Shown here: positions 58,301 through 64,000 of the stretch, piece by piece
Layout of the letters: each line of letters starts with the position of its first letter
How positions within the stretch are numbered: position 1 is the stretch's first letter
NCBI GenBank assembly: GCA_903884815.1
Contig: CAISGE010000002.1
Coordinates: 109,955-173,954, forward strand
Source: Candidatus Omnitrophota bacterium
GTDB taxonomy: Bacteria > Omnitrophota > Omnitrophia > Omnitrophales > Aquincolibacteriaceae
Reading direction: 5' to 3'
DNA length: 64,000 nt
Position numbers and translations under genes: made by a program
The notes under the pieces: generated by a model
Database searches by the model: none
Told to the model about the DNA's origin: nothing
The model's input: the letters and a program-made list of their open reading frames with translations, nothing else

Positions 58301-59435
58301 GGTTTTCTCCAGAGCTGGCCAGGAAGAGGCCTTTGACGCATTAATGAGAGGGATCGGCTCTTTTGCCTTGAAGGAGCTTTCCGCTTCCGCCGGCGGTGGG
58401 GAAGATGTGAAAAAGGGGAAAGAAAACCGCCTTCGCGAAACTCTTGCGGCTGTGAAAGAACAGGGAAATGTTCGTCTTCATATAGACAAGGAGAGCGGGC
58501 GCCTTGCGGTGGCTGACCTTGGCATAATGCCGTTAAGAGAAAAAAAGCGGGCGCTCATTTTTGGTTTGGGGATCGCCACACAACTCTATGGACAGGTCAC
58601 TAGCGGCGGCACTGTCTTTAACCACTTTCCCGGTTTCTCCGGCCTCGCGTTTCAAGTGGATGCCGAAAGTTCCCGGGTCATCTTCAGCGATCTCCCCATT
58701 GCCGAAAAAACTGCCCTTCCTTCGGGAAACGCCAAGCCCTCGCCAAAGCCGGCGCTCACCGCGGCAGTGGTGGCCGCGACGTTGATTATCTTTCTCGGAA
58801 TATTGCCGTTGGGGGCAGGAGCTTATGCCGCAACGCTTGCCAGGAAAGCCTTCGAAGCGCGAGAAGCCCTGCTCCAGCCGGACCTAAATGCTTTGGTAGC
58901 CCGCGCGCCGAAAGAATCTTTGGCGTTGCTGGCCCCCAAAGCGGATGCGAACTACACGCTCTTTCTGGAGGCGGCTCTGCTGAAGGGGCAGGAGACGATC
59001 GAGCCACTGACTCGTTTGCCTTACAAAGTGGTAGTGGTTTTCAATGAGGTGCAGAAAAAAGAATACATGAATTTCGTTGCTCGGCTTGGCGGCACCAAAA
59101 AGGGATCGTTTGAAATCAGGCTAGGGAAAGTCGAAGAAGTCGTTCGCTTGAGCGTCGGGCGCCCTGTCCAGGAAGACAATGAAGAAAAAATGCAGTTCGC
59201 GTTCGCGGGCTCTGACGAAAAGGTGCTTCGCCATCTAAGGCCGTATGTCGGCAATTTGATTCACGTCGACGGCGAGACCCTCGTTCCGGGAGAATGGCTT
59301 CTGGACGCGTTCCAGAGCCTGTATGTCTTCAATTTAGGGAAAATCCGGAAGGATTTTATCTGGTCGATCGATACCGCGTTGCCGATTCTGCTGGAACAGA
59401 CCCTGGCGATCCAGCGCATCGCTCATGCGGCGTAA
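49350..59435 (+). CDS. Giant (3361 aa) multi-module exported/membrane protein
   Basis: 10 kb uninterrupted ORF; N-terminal TM, QDAH/VEGA/GGYH domain, internal signal-like segments, TolC-like and HlyD-like stretches, several TMs. Confidence 0.9.
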   Translation: MKNLRRKSRAKPKEIFHSSAISKRALEFFPRIISFFLILVFVWSQVLPADTAWAFQEMTAGFMKAPAYERIVFPDFARVEWANTSVNVPRGVVYLFQDAHTSLLAQQRITQTLLELRKQGAIDAVLVEGAAGRLTADRFDAHPGLKKTPELIENLEKQGYLHGAAAFYVLRPDTTVEGLETPGLYRENRQAFRDVFAFRDRIDPVTERFKVEWQRWLQGHMDEASRTFFLNAASRHTDAIEPAYFQQLLRMASEKAGISWSIGDQAEWPQLIRVQRMLEIQPRLRMDEARAAFKDLRKILPGSFKEKLDFIQMRIDGGLKGTLVQEDATLYRDFAAQLMTELVKQKRPMLSYGAFYDWLACETFRQEIQAEDLALEIERLEDRIWKAWFQNPEDRGWMALGRLGVLLAKASRLELSRGEVRQFSRALEAKAFEAWIGKFLPEEKETFEKFSSGVLSFYKLAESREQGFVARLSETLEALSSKNARTPHVAVVTGGYHKIGLLNNLKSQGLRVAVVTPVLERVDQNVAYLYRMLETTPEASTLSIVPAAVVGSSELRGLVGDANAERSERRVAKILDEASTPGTPAATVRKAVPTEFRWKSWIRWILTAFILLFSSRGLSQEAPASHKAELAELNRIAGQGFNVNRPPVAERPAMLFTSGRLNSQSFVWGKGLGAGGKNLGELARMNPEARRVAIQALLQNELRGRYLSIGLDIKTSSSSTKATDLIHPSPLMLGFLKLRAATEALEWLLSAAPQNAADEAYAQGWRLEWEAQVKNLEAQAYATVIQIQKLGAKIDLNTRILKLLEISLPQARVREDPKNRLESPGTALNVEMKLRMLQVRTRDLMRQRQTLRAELGFLLGVSAEAISLDSVGRLPVPLLPISWKNNQRENFSNAVLGSIPASLRLRSREMLALGASEAATAEGRRGWFHLPQVRISGLTAEQAGGEAVPGWTPERRKANLEGADQEAALEVAQAQVALQARKGLDGIWMGLDQEQASEEMLAKYWADWQQNSLTFHSSNAVQMNLLGNMQELGGQLIDARVSVSETVVGFVGLGILDPATLGAAPISPNLYSRGSSPRSEVRTWIKTVFQKLPLLFMAGFALFLASCATGPRNVMPPHAAKMEWKAPAAPRHMNIEKYKEPALPLTGGVSDGFYGDLLPPKADAETKARILASTPLAETSKQAKQDAPKEIKVEGPGKNAWDASDTVKTAPEKPAAAPKSETAENAALIKTLLDTAKVLDAYHFQPGETRDALLQGEPIKKFQDALVAAAPLLAGLDFVDDPLHTKNRGSFGKYTYVWLKKVMGDAPQILALTSGTPAETKTAQAPAPKAEEHLSKGKTHETEAQRDEAINKAVAAAASPSTVNPPAMPEKIKTEKTSPAGIPAVAETPTPSAQRKTPLAQTPPKAEDLSGDSDSDFVFEMPEIKMHSAKLGDGPSGGFVIKAFSAGEVRTSDSGGTQTWSIEDPIRANAIKNLFDLLKTDLGQLAGMDSQSWAPYELLMQKLKAAEEKIQLARALQNDEELGHLETGRFVETGHVYAEAGSVNAGDPVIEAFPDSVVGVETTVPLWTLIGHQLHPLINEKPAAILGSIQVLKIDPTGNPEIDPKGGPTAVIHFAAQPADGGSIEKDAEFNVELRFAKTGGIQEGEPVNVELGDSGTLTPAARAQKDVPAPEDGFFKVEGPGHYQGNVHLASRRDGAQVLANESWQSLLSDAQSLVNGAAEMLQRMSDSGVGSDKVQAFQNRVHDLSQILTGIGQSTVRGGNGFFSPDPQATALPAAKGASLGTVYSDSVFIGSKTDPGEMFMVPKGSAKVGDLVRVTGGGEVLTGKVSKIIEEIPAEPRDAYKDLDAVVVEVESPASQIIVWPKGLDLPLFGEILRKIREQSQETSQYSPEGAGFHWIAGPAGFGEECLLASVGKKATGTPSVAPSIGPRSAQLASTDSRPIVTLPDPSSPRVREITAEHSPGRQIEKFNKEKGSMTDPEFRELFERGSVPLVFEMSRFLLAEKHDWAPAMDSLRALSGHAGKDGADVQRAGAIELAIVSVLYQRPANLSSDLMRLKVQSREYPEAQAFIDSVFLYILQKEGIHSQASQAFLGSGYFTLEDMKPVARAARHSADPLYKTLGAQLDTFRRHEAAAREILDLKLTPDVAAATSSVDPTNPFKNLSPEKKRAAHFTQAVRRDDVLMLQSGRLTSDAGLGAAQIDPSTAAQLKQTNTNEASSGSEFKLYPGSSATGATLGEWDTVGLLQRQEMVREWASQGRFYDLTQALRGLGSRQPVLTDMILKTLSASPEGRLALYAAVLNGTVTLPFSQAYLSNLIKDAAQFTDLNQSGTSEEKKDGTLSPRSPRFIYIEALLQSLKKNSADSANSAGSADRNAVLRALAGLVPHGHSLRALEGNLKGVSADTDRILQGVPEEDREGLRKAAINEEGRRAVRAGANAVFKSKHSEALGEARLGSIQTDLGILLADLELSRAGVGSVTASSAGEFIETSLSKWRASESLKDDVRKASGEALGYMNGQARPDFDPKKDYYMGANFMAWLSWGLGGLGFYFVGWLMNMYRLAHKREKLLDSRVEKGLPVHSFPSLEEWRLEFQGQINSSEFVGYENLKDALQRWMNMLATEGPLSAENLAGMRVEAERISRDHKLKLGETMLRRYWHNDRIHNRNMMHMVAELSMLTMERLIHEGAGRSRNSDFIFHRDLALKMLFLKRLLFTMKNLRSNRALNVIEPLLVNDKEIDRISRKLLKHERRGWKYIVRPQWALNWMRGKHNELAFQSLDEYARVAERLGERVDLPGLRTILGEVLDTEKPMQETRLTTDDNDAFNVHRRLKSRMLNLVSRIMGIPGLLALGISIHTLGFGVLTCMLFVVNIGLLLPWINYLAHVIGNMSGAEGRHFTEGILKLQRLKMAFDAASPEEDDATEVDGDEFLPDNIFQFEPDPSGMVPALARVQNSSETGDPGRAESRVPVTLMANSIKTEMKGKKEYWVAVFSRAGQEEAFDALMRGIGSFALKELSASAGGGEDVKKGKENRLRETLAAVKEQGNVRLHIDKESGRLAVADLGIMPLREKKRALIFGLGIATQLYGQVTSGGTVFNHFPGFSGLAFQVDAESSRVIFSDLPIAEKTALPSGNAKPSPKPALTAAVVAATLIIFLGILPLGAGAYAATLARKAFEAREALLQPDLNALVARAPKESLALLAPKADANYTLFLEAALLKGQETIEPLTRLPYKVVVVFNEVQKKEYMNFVARLGGTKKGSFEIRLGKVEEVVRLSVGRPVQEDNEEKMQFAFAGSDEKVLRHLRPYVGNLIHVDGETLVPGEWLLDAFQSLYVFNLGKIRKDFIWSIDTALPILLEQTLAIQRIAHAA

Positions 59436-59495
59436 GGTTTCAGCAGCCCTTCTGGGCAAGAACTTTAAACGCAATTCACAAAAGGAGCCAAGCTT

Positions 59496-59720
59496 ATGAG
59501 CGAAAATGAAAAGATGGTCGTTTTGTTGAGGAATCAAGTGGAGCTGCTCGAAGATCTCGTGGAGGAACTCGAAAAGAAAGAAGCTCTCAGTGTTGAGGAC
59601 TTCTCTTATTGCGAGAGCCGCACAGATGAGATCACCAAGAATCTCCTGAGGGTCAGGCGCTGGGCCTTGGCCGAGATGATCTGCGGAACTCAGTGGCGCC
59701 AGCCCGTCGCAGCGGCGTAG
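59496..59720 (+). CDS. Small acidic hypothetical protein
   Basis: RBS aaggag and ATG; 74 aa. Confidence 0.65.
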   Translation: MSENEKMVVLLRNQVELLEDLVEELEKKEALSVEDFSYCESRTDEITKNLLRVRRWALAEMICGTQWRQPVAAA

Positions 59721-59834
59721 CAGCGGACTCCCCGGGCTATTTTTCGCTGTCCTAACCCACCCCCTCATTTTCTCTGCGTTAGACTGGAGGAAATTCCCAC
59801 CACACACGTCCAAGCCAAAGTCTTTGAGGTTGCC

Positions 59835-62537
59835 CTAGCGGGGGTGAATTGTTCGGAGGTGTTTGGTGAGGGTGGTTTTTTTGAGCATCGGGTCGTCCAG
59901 GGGTTCCTGGGTCAGGAGCACTGAACTGAGCTCGAACTCTCCGGCGGCGTCGGACACGGCCAGATAGTTGAAGGTTTGTCCCGTGTCCTTGGGAATCTTG
60001 ATCTCGAAGACAGACCAGTCGCTATCCGTGGAAAGCACGACGGGCACTTTCGTCGTGAGCAGCTGATTATCCTCGTATTTGAATTCGATAAAAAAATTGT
60101 TGTTCTTTCCCGACACGTTCCTGGCCCGCAGGTAGATGTAGTTGAATTTTTTTAAATTCGTGTAAGGGATATACCCGCCCCGCCATCCTTGGCCTCCGGA
60201 GAACCGGTAAGAACCCTTTCCCGGATATTTTAAGAACGGAATGCTGCCGTGGCTTAAGCGCCAGTAGCGGATCACTTCGAATTCTTCCGGTCTTTGGAGA
60301 ATATTATCGGTGGGAGCCATCTCGGCTTCCTTGAAGGGATCGGTTCGGGTGAGGAGGATCTTTTCGAGCCGGATTTCTCCCTCCCGTCCGCCGCGCACCA
60401 TGGCGTTGAGAAGATACCTCGGGTCGTGAAGGACCACCGAAATGTAATTCAGGGGCTTGTCGTCCGACTCCGGGATGGGTTTGATGGGCAGTATGAATGT
60501 CTTGGAAAGTCCGTCTTTGGAAAGGACTCCAGGTTGCACGGTATTGACCACGACCGTGGCGAGCGTGATGTCATCGCTTTTGAGTTCGATCTCAAAAATG
60601 CTCGGCGAACTCCGGACGGGGAGCGTGACGGATAAATAACGCATATCCGCGATCCGGACGGCTTTGTCAATATAGGTGCCCCGGAATGCCCACTGGTCAA
60701 AATAGGAGGCGTAGGCGGGGATGTTGTAATAAAAAGTGAAGGGTTTGCCCGGGGCGATATCCATTTCCAGGGTCGGGCGGTCGATAGAATAGACGTTTTT
60801 CCCGTGAAGATGCCCGCTTTGAAGATGTTCCGTGATATTGAAAAAAGGACCCGGGTCGGGCGGCTTTTGAAAGTGGACTTCGAAGGTTCCGGACGTGGGA
60901 GCCGGAAAAGGCTGTGTCGGGAAATAAAGCGGCACGCCCTTTCTTTCGGCGATTATCTGTCGGTATTTAGAATGCAGAAGTTCGGCCAGCTTGATGTCCA
61001 TCGGAATACCTGAATGAGGCACGGTGCGCCGGTGAAGATACTCTTTAATCTCGTCGAGAACGCCGCCGCTTGCGGCCAAAAGGGTCATGCCCTTGGCGTC
61101 CGCCGTGAAAATGTCGGCATAGCCATCGCGCCCTACGGACTCCAGAGCTCCGAACGGAGTAACCATCTTCGGGACTTGATAGAAACGTTCCATCCATGCG
61201 GCTCCCACCGTGGGATTGATCAGCATGCCCATGGAGGTCGCGAAAAAAACCGCCACATCCTCCCGGTCGACCGCCTCTTCGGCGATCGAAGGAAGGCCCA
61301 TCTGGCGATAGATCCCCTTGGGATCATACGCGGTGCTGGAAAAACCCGGGAGTCCAAGGCGGCGGGCATGGTCGGCCTGGGCGTAAAGATAATTTTGATA
61401 AAGCGGGGCGAGGGCGGTTTCCATGAAAGGAATGAAAGCGAGTGCCCAGCTTTCGTGAAAGGAAGCGCGGAAACCTTTCAGGACAGTGATCTTTTCTCCG
61501 GATCCGGTCAGGTATTCGGTGGTCGGAATCCTGAGGCGCTGCCAGGCTTCTTCGGGGATCTGGCCGTGGAGGACGCCCCAGAGCACGGCGAGGGTTCCCT
61601 CGAACATGTCATTCAGATAATAGGTGTCGTCGCCGGTCCACTGCCCGGTTTCAGGATCAAACTGGATCGTTCCGTGGAGCACGCCTTTTTTAGCGTTATA
61701 GAATTTCCTGTAATTTTGGGCGTCCAAGATGATCTGCGCCTCTCTTGCGAGCTCCCGGTCGGGACGGTCCGAGGCGTTCTCAAAAGCGGCGACGATCGCG
61801 GCGAGAGCCCAGGTCATCTGGCCGTTATCAAGCGACGGGATCTTCGTGTTTGCGGGGGCAATGGTTCCGTTCGGGCGGATATCGACCCAAGGAAAGAAGC
61901 CGGCCTGTTCGGGATATTTTTTCTGATAGACCCGGAGGACGTGAAGGCTCAGGTTCAAAAGCCTGCGTGCTTCTTTCGGGGTGATGGAGAGTTTTTGGAA
62001 CCCCTTTTTCTTTTGGATGATCTTCAGAAGAAAAGGGATAGAAAGAGATAGCTTCGAGGCGGCCGTGTAGTGGCCTACCTCGCTTAGCATATTCTCGTCC
62101 AGGCGTATCCGGATATGGTCGTAAGGCAGTCCGGTCTTAGCGTCCAGTCCCGTGCCGGGCTGAAAGTAAAGGGCTTCTGTGGGGATCAGTGTCCCGTTCA
62201 GGAACGAGGCCAAAGCCTCCGGGATTTCTTCCTGTCCTGGATAGCGAAAGAATTCGGGAGGCTCCTGGAGCCGCGCTTCCGGAGAGACCGTTGTTATCGG
62301 GCCCCGCACGACGCGTGCGGCGTCCCGGAGAAGGTCGCGAGGCTCGGGCTGAGTTTTTTGTGGCGGCAGGGGGATCTCCTGAGGGAGCTCAGTCGCGGTG
62401 AAGACGGGTGAAGAGCCTGGATCTGCCGACAGGGGATTCGCGGTCAAAAGAACCAGCGAACACAGTGTTGTCAGGAATACCGACCGGCGCTTTCCGTTCA
62501 CGCGCGGGCTCAGGCATTCTTTCATATAGAGGATCAT
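59835..62537 (-). CDS. Secreted (alpha/alpha)6 glycoside hydrolase-like protein (GH162/DUF3131-like) with C-terminal beta-sandwich domains
   Basis: Signal peptide; TGLPYDH, YTAASKLS, GFFPW, PSLDNGQMTWAL. Confidence 0.65.
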   Translation of the reverse strand: MILYMKECLSPRVNGKRRSVFLTTLCSLVLLTANPLSADPGSSPVFTATELPQEIPLPPQKTQPEPRDLLRDAARVVRGPITTVSPEARLQEPPEFFRYPGQEEIPEALASFLNGTLIPTEALYFQPGTGLDAKTGLPYDHIRIRLDENMLSEVGHYTAASKLSLSIPFLLKIIQKKKGFQKLSITPKEARRLLNLSLHVLRVYQKKYPEQAGFFPWVDIRPNGTIAPANTKIPSLDNGQMTWALAAIVAAFENASDRPDRELAREAQIILDAQNYRKFYNAKKGVLHGTIQFDPETGQWTGDDTYYLNDMFEGTLAVLWGVLHGQIPEEAWQRLRIPTTEYLTGSGEKITVLKGFRASFHESWALAFIPFMETALAPLYQNYLYAQADHARRLGLPGFSSTAYDPKGIYRQMGLPSIAEEAVDREDVAVFFATSMGMLINPTVGAAWMERFYQVPKMVTPFGALESVGRDGYADIFTADAKGMTLLAASGGVLDEIKEYLHRRTVPHSGIPMDIKLAELLHSKYRQIIAERKGVPLYFPTQPFPAPTSGTFEVHFQKPPDPGPFFNITEHLQSGHLHGKNVYSIDRPTLEMDIAPGKPFTFYYNIPAYASYFDQWAFRGTYIDKAVRIADMRYLSVTLPVRSSPSIFEIELKSDDITLATVVVNTVQPGVLSKDGLSKTFILPIKPIPESDDKPLNYISVVLHDPRYLLNAMVRGGREGEIRLEKILLTRTDPFKEAEMAPTDNILQRPEEFEVIRYWRLSHGSIPFLKYPGKGSYRFSGGQGWRGGYIPYTNLKKFNYIYLRARNVSGKNNNFFIEFKYEDNQLLTTKVPVVLSTDSDWSVFEIKIPKDTGQTFNYLAVSDAAGEFELSSVLLTQEPLDDPMLKKTTLTKHLRTIHPR

Positions 62538-62708
62538 GGAGGAGTCTAGCGCTGTGATGTAATGCTTCCGTAATACAGGCGTAAGTGTTTGGAAAATTCC
62601 CTGTAAGCTCCCCTTGTCTCTCTTTTCGGAAAAGAGAAATAGTCGTTCGAATCTTCAGAACAACGTAATAGAATAAACCCATTATGTGATCCAACGAGGG
62701 GCTTTGCT

Positions 62709-63218
62709 ATGAAACTGTATTTTTTACGTCACGGGATGGCTGCCGAGAAAAGCGACAGCGATTATCCTGATGATTCCAAGCGCCCGCTCACGCCGGGAGG
62801 GAAGCGTGAGATGAGGACCATCGCAAGGGGGATGCACCATATGAAGTTCCGGATCGACCGGATTCTTTCCAGTCCCTATCTCCGAGCGAGACAGACCGCG
62901 GAAATCGTCTCCCAGGAAATGAAGACGCCTCTTAAGGTGGAATTTTCGGATCATCTGATCCCCGGCGCTTCATTCCGGGAACTTCTCAAGGAGCTCCGTG
63001 TTTCAGGAAAAGAATTTTCCCGCGTTCTTCTGGTGGGACATGAGCCTTTTCTGAGGCAGAGTTTGTCCCTGATCCTTTCCGGGACCGCGAACGCTTTTCT
63101 CCCGATGAAAAAAGGCGGGGTTTGCAAAGTCAGCATCGACCGCTGGGACGAAATCCCTTGCGCCACTATGAAATGGTTCCTGACCCCTAAGCAGCTCATG
63201 GCGCTCGCGCCGCACTGA
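62709..63218 (+). CDS. sixA: Phosphohistidine phosphatase SixA
   Basis: LRHG.A, D..RPLT, SSPYLRARQTAEI, LVGHEP, KKGG. Confidence 0.92.
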   Translation: MKLYFLRHGMAAEKSDSDYPDDSKRPLTPGGKREMRTIARGMHHMKFRIDRILSSPYLRARQTAEIVSQEMKTPLKVEFSDHLIPGASFRELLKELRVSGKEFSRVLLVGHEPFLRQSLSLILSGTANAFLPMKKGGVCKVSIDRWDEIPCATMKWFLTPKQLMALAPH

Positions 63219-63291
63219 GAGCCTTTGGCGCGCGAAGTTTTTTATAACTTGTTTGTTTCAAAAGATTTAAAGGTGTTTATCCGAGGGCCAG

Positions 63292-63308
63292 TTTACCTAG
63301 GTTTTACA
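63292..63308 (+). promoter_or_regulatory. Pho-box-like direct repeat
   Basis: TTTACC-N5-TTTACA upstream of the ROK gene. Confidence 0.45.
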
Positions 63309-63374
63309 TGAATTCTCGCGGGATTCGGATTAGAATACGGCCTTAAAGCGTCTCTTCAGGCGTAGGAGAAATCT

Positions 63375-64000
63375 ATGGGGAACAACAAGAAAAGATACCT
63401 GCTTGGGATCGACCTCGGCGGGACCAAGGTTCTGATCGGGATCATGGACAAGAAATTCCGGATCCTGAAACGGGTCAAGCTCGAGATGGACGGGAACAAG
63501 GGCGAAAAATTCTTCTTCAATAATCTCGTGGACGGCATTGAAGAGGTTTTGGAGGAGGCCGGCACGGGACTGAACAATATCTCCATGATCGGGATCGGCT
63601 GTCCCGGGATCATCGATGTTTTTAACGGGGTGGTCAAGATCTCCTCGAACGTCTCTTTCTTCAAGAATTATCCTCTCGTCAAAAAGCTTAAAGCCAAACT
63701 GAAGGTGCCGATCCTTCTTGAGAATGATGCCAACGCGGCACTCTACGGGGAGCAGCAATTCGGAGCCGCTCACGGGTACCGGCAGGTCGTGGGAGCTTTT
63801 CTCGGTACCGGCGTGGGCGGCGCGTTGATACTGAACGGCCATCTTTACAGAGGCATTTCCGGGGGTGCTGGCGAGATCGGGCAGATGCTTGTTTCGATGC
63901 CCTCTTTTTCTGATTTCGAGATTTCCCGCCAAAAGGTCGGCGCCTTGATCGGGCGGAACGCGATCGCGTCAGAGGCCGGATTTCTTTTATTGCGACAAAA
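63375..64000 (+). CDS. ROK family sugar kinase (3' end outside window; not in ORF track)
   Basis: RBS aggag; GIDLGGTK, GIGCPG, ENDANAAL.GE, GTGVGG, GAGEIG. Confidence 0.92.
   Translation, partial: MGNNKKRYLLGIDLGGTKVLIGIMDKKFRILKRVKLEMDGNKGEKFFFNNLVDGIEEVLEEAGTGLNNISMIGIGCPGIIDVFNGVVKISSNVSFFKNYPLVKKLKAKLKVPILLENDANAALYGEQQFGAAHGYRQVVGAFLGTGVGGALILNGHLYRGISGGAGEIGQMLVSMPSFSDFEISRQKVGALIGRNAIASEAGFLLLRQ

Overview
Bacterial chromosomal window, GC-moderate. A stand-alone SWIB protein, a 3361-aa giant protein and type IV pilin arrays suggest a PVC-group organism such as Omnitrophota (inference only). Left part: FN3/Ig-SGNH surface protein (5'-truncated), REC / REC-GGDEF-EAL / PAS-kinase operon, SWIB, three tandem pilins, an ORF6N gene inserted at the comM 3' end, accA, a TPR-MerR-FliA-FlgM module, a GH144-like glucanase and glmS. 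Downstream of glmS (about 23.1-36.7 kb) is a one-strand accessory array of thermonucleases, two radical SAM enzymes and many small secreted or membrane genes. Its gene junctions repeatedly carry copies of the thermonuclease 3' end (EAREQKRGLWK*), which supply the RBS and start codon of the next gene, and no integrase is visible. The array includes a rSAM/SPASM enzyme with two exported paralogs sharing a KMGAMCY motif. Right part: OYE, two GT-C-like paralogs, DUF4139, gapN, DUF47-pit, phoR-phoB, then a giant protein behind Pho-box-like repeats that looks like a polyprotein (internal signal peptide, internal lipobox, TolC-like and HlyD-like segments, RSEVR-type linkers), a second beta-1,2-glucanase-like gene, sixA and a 3'-truncated ROK kinase. 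No rRNA, tRNA, CRISPR array, transposase or integrase was recognised. All family assignments are from motif recognition by eye, not database searches.
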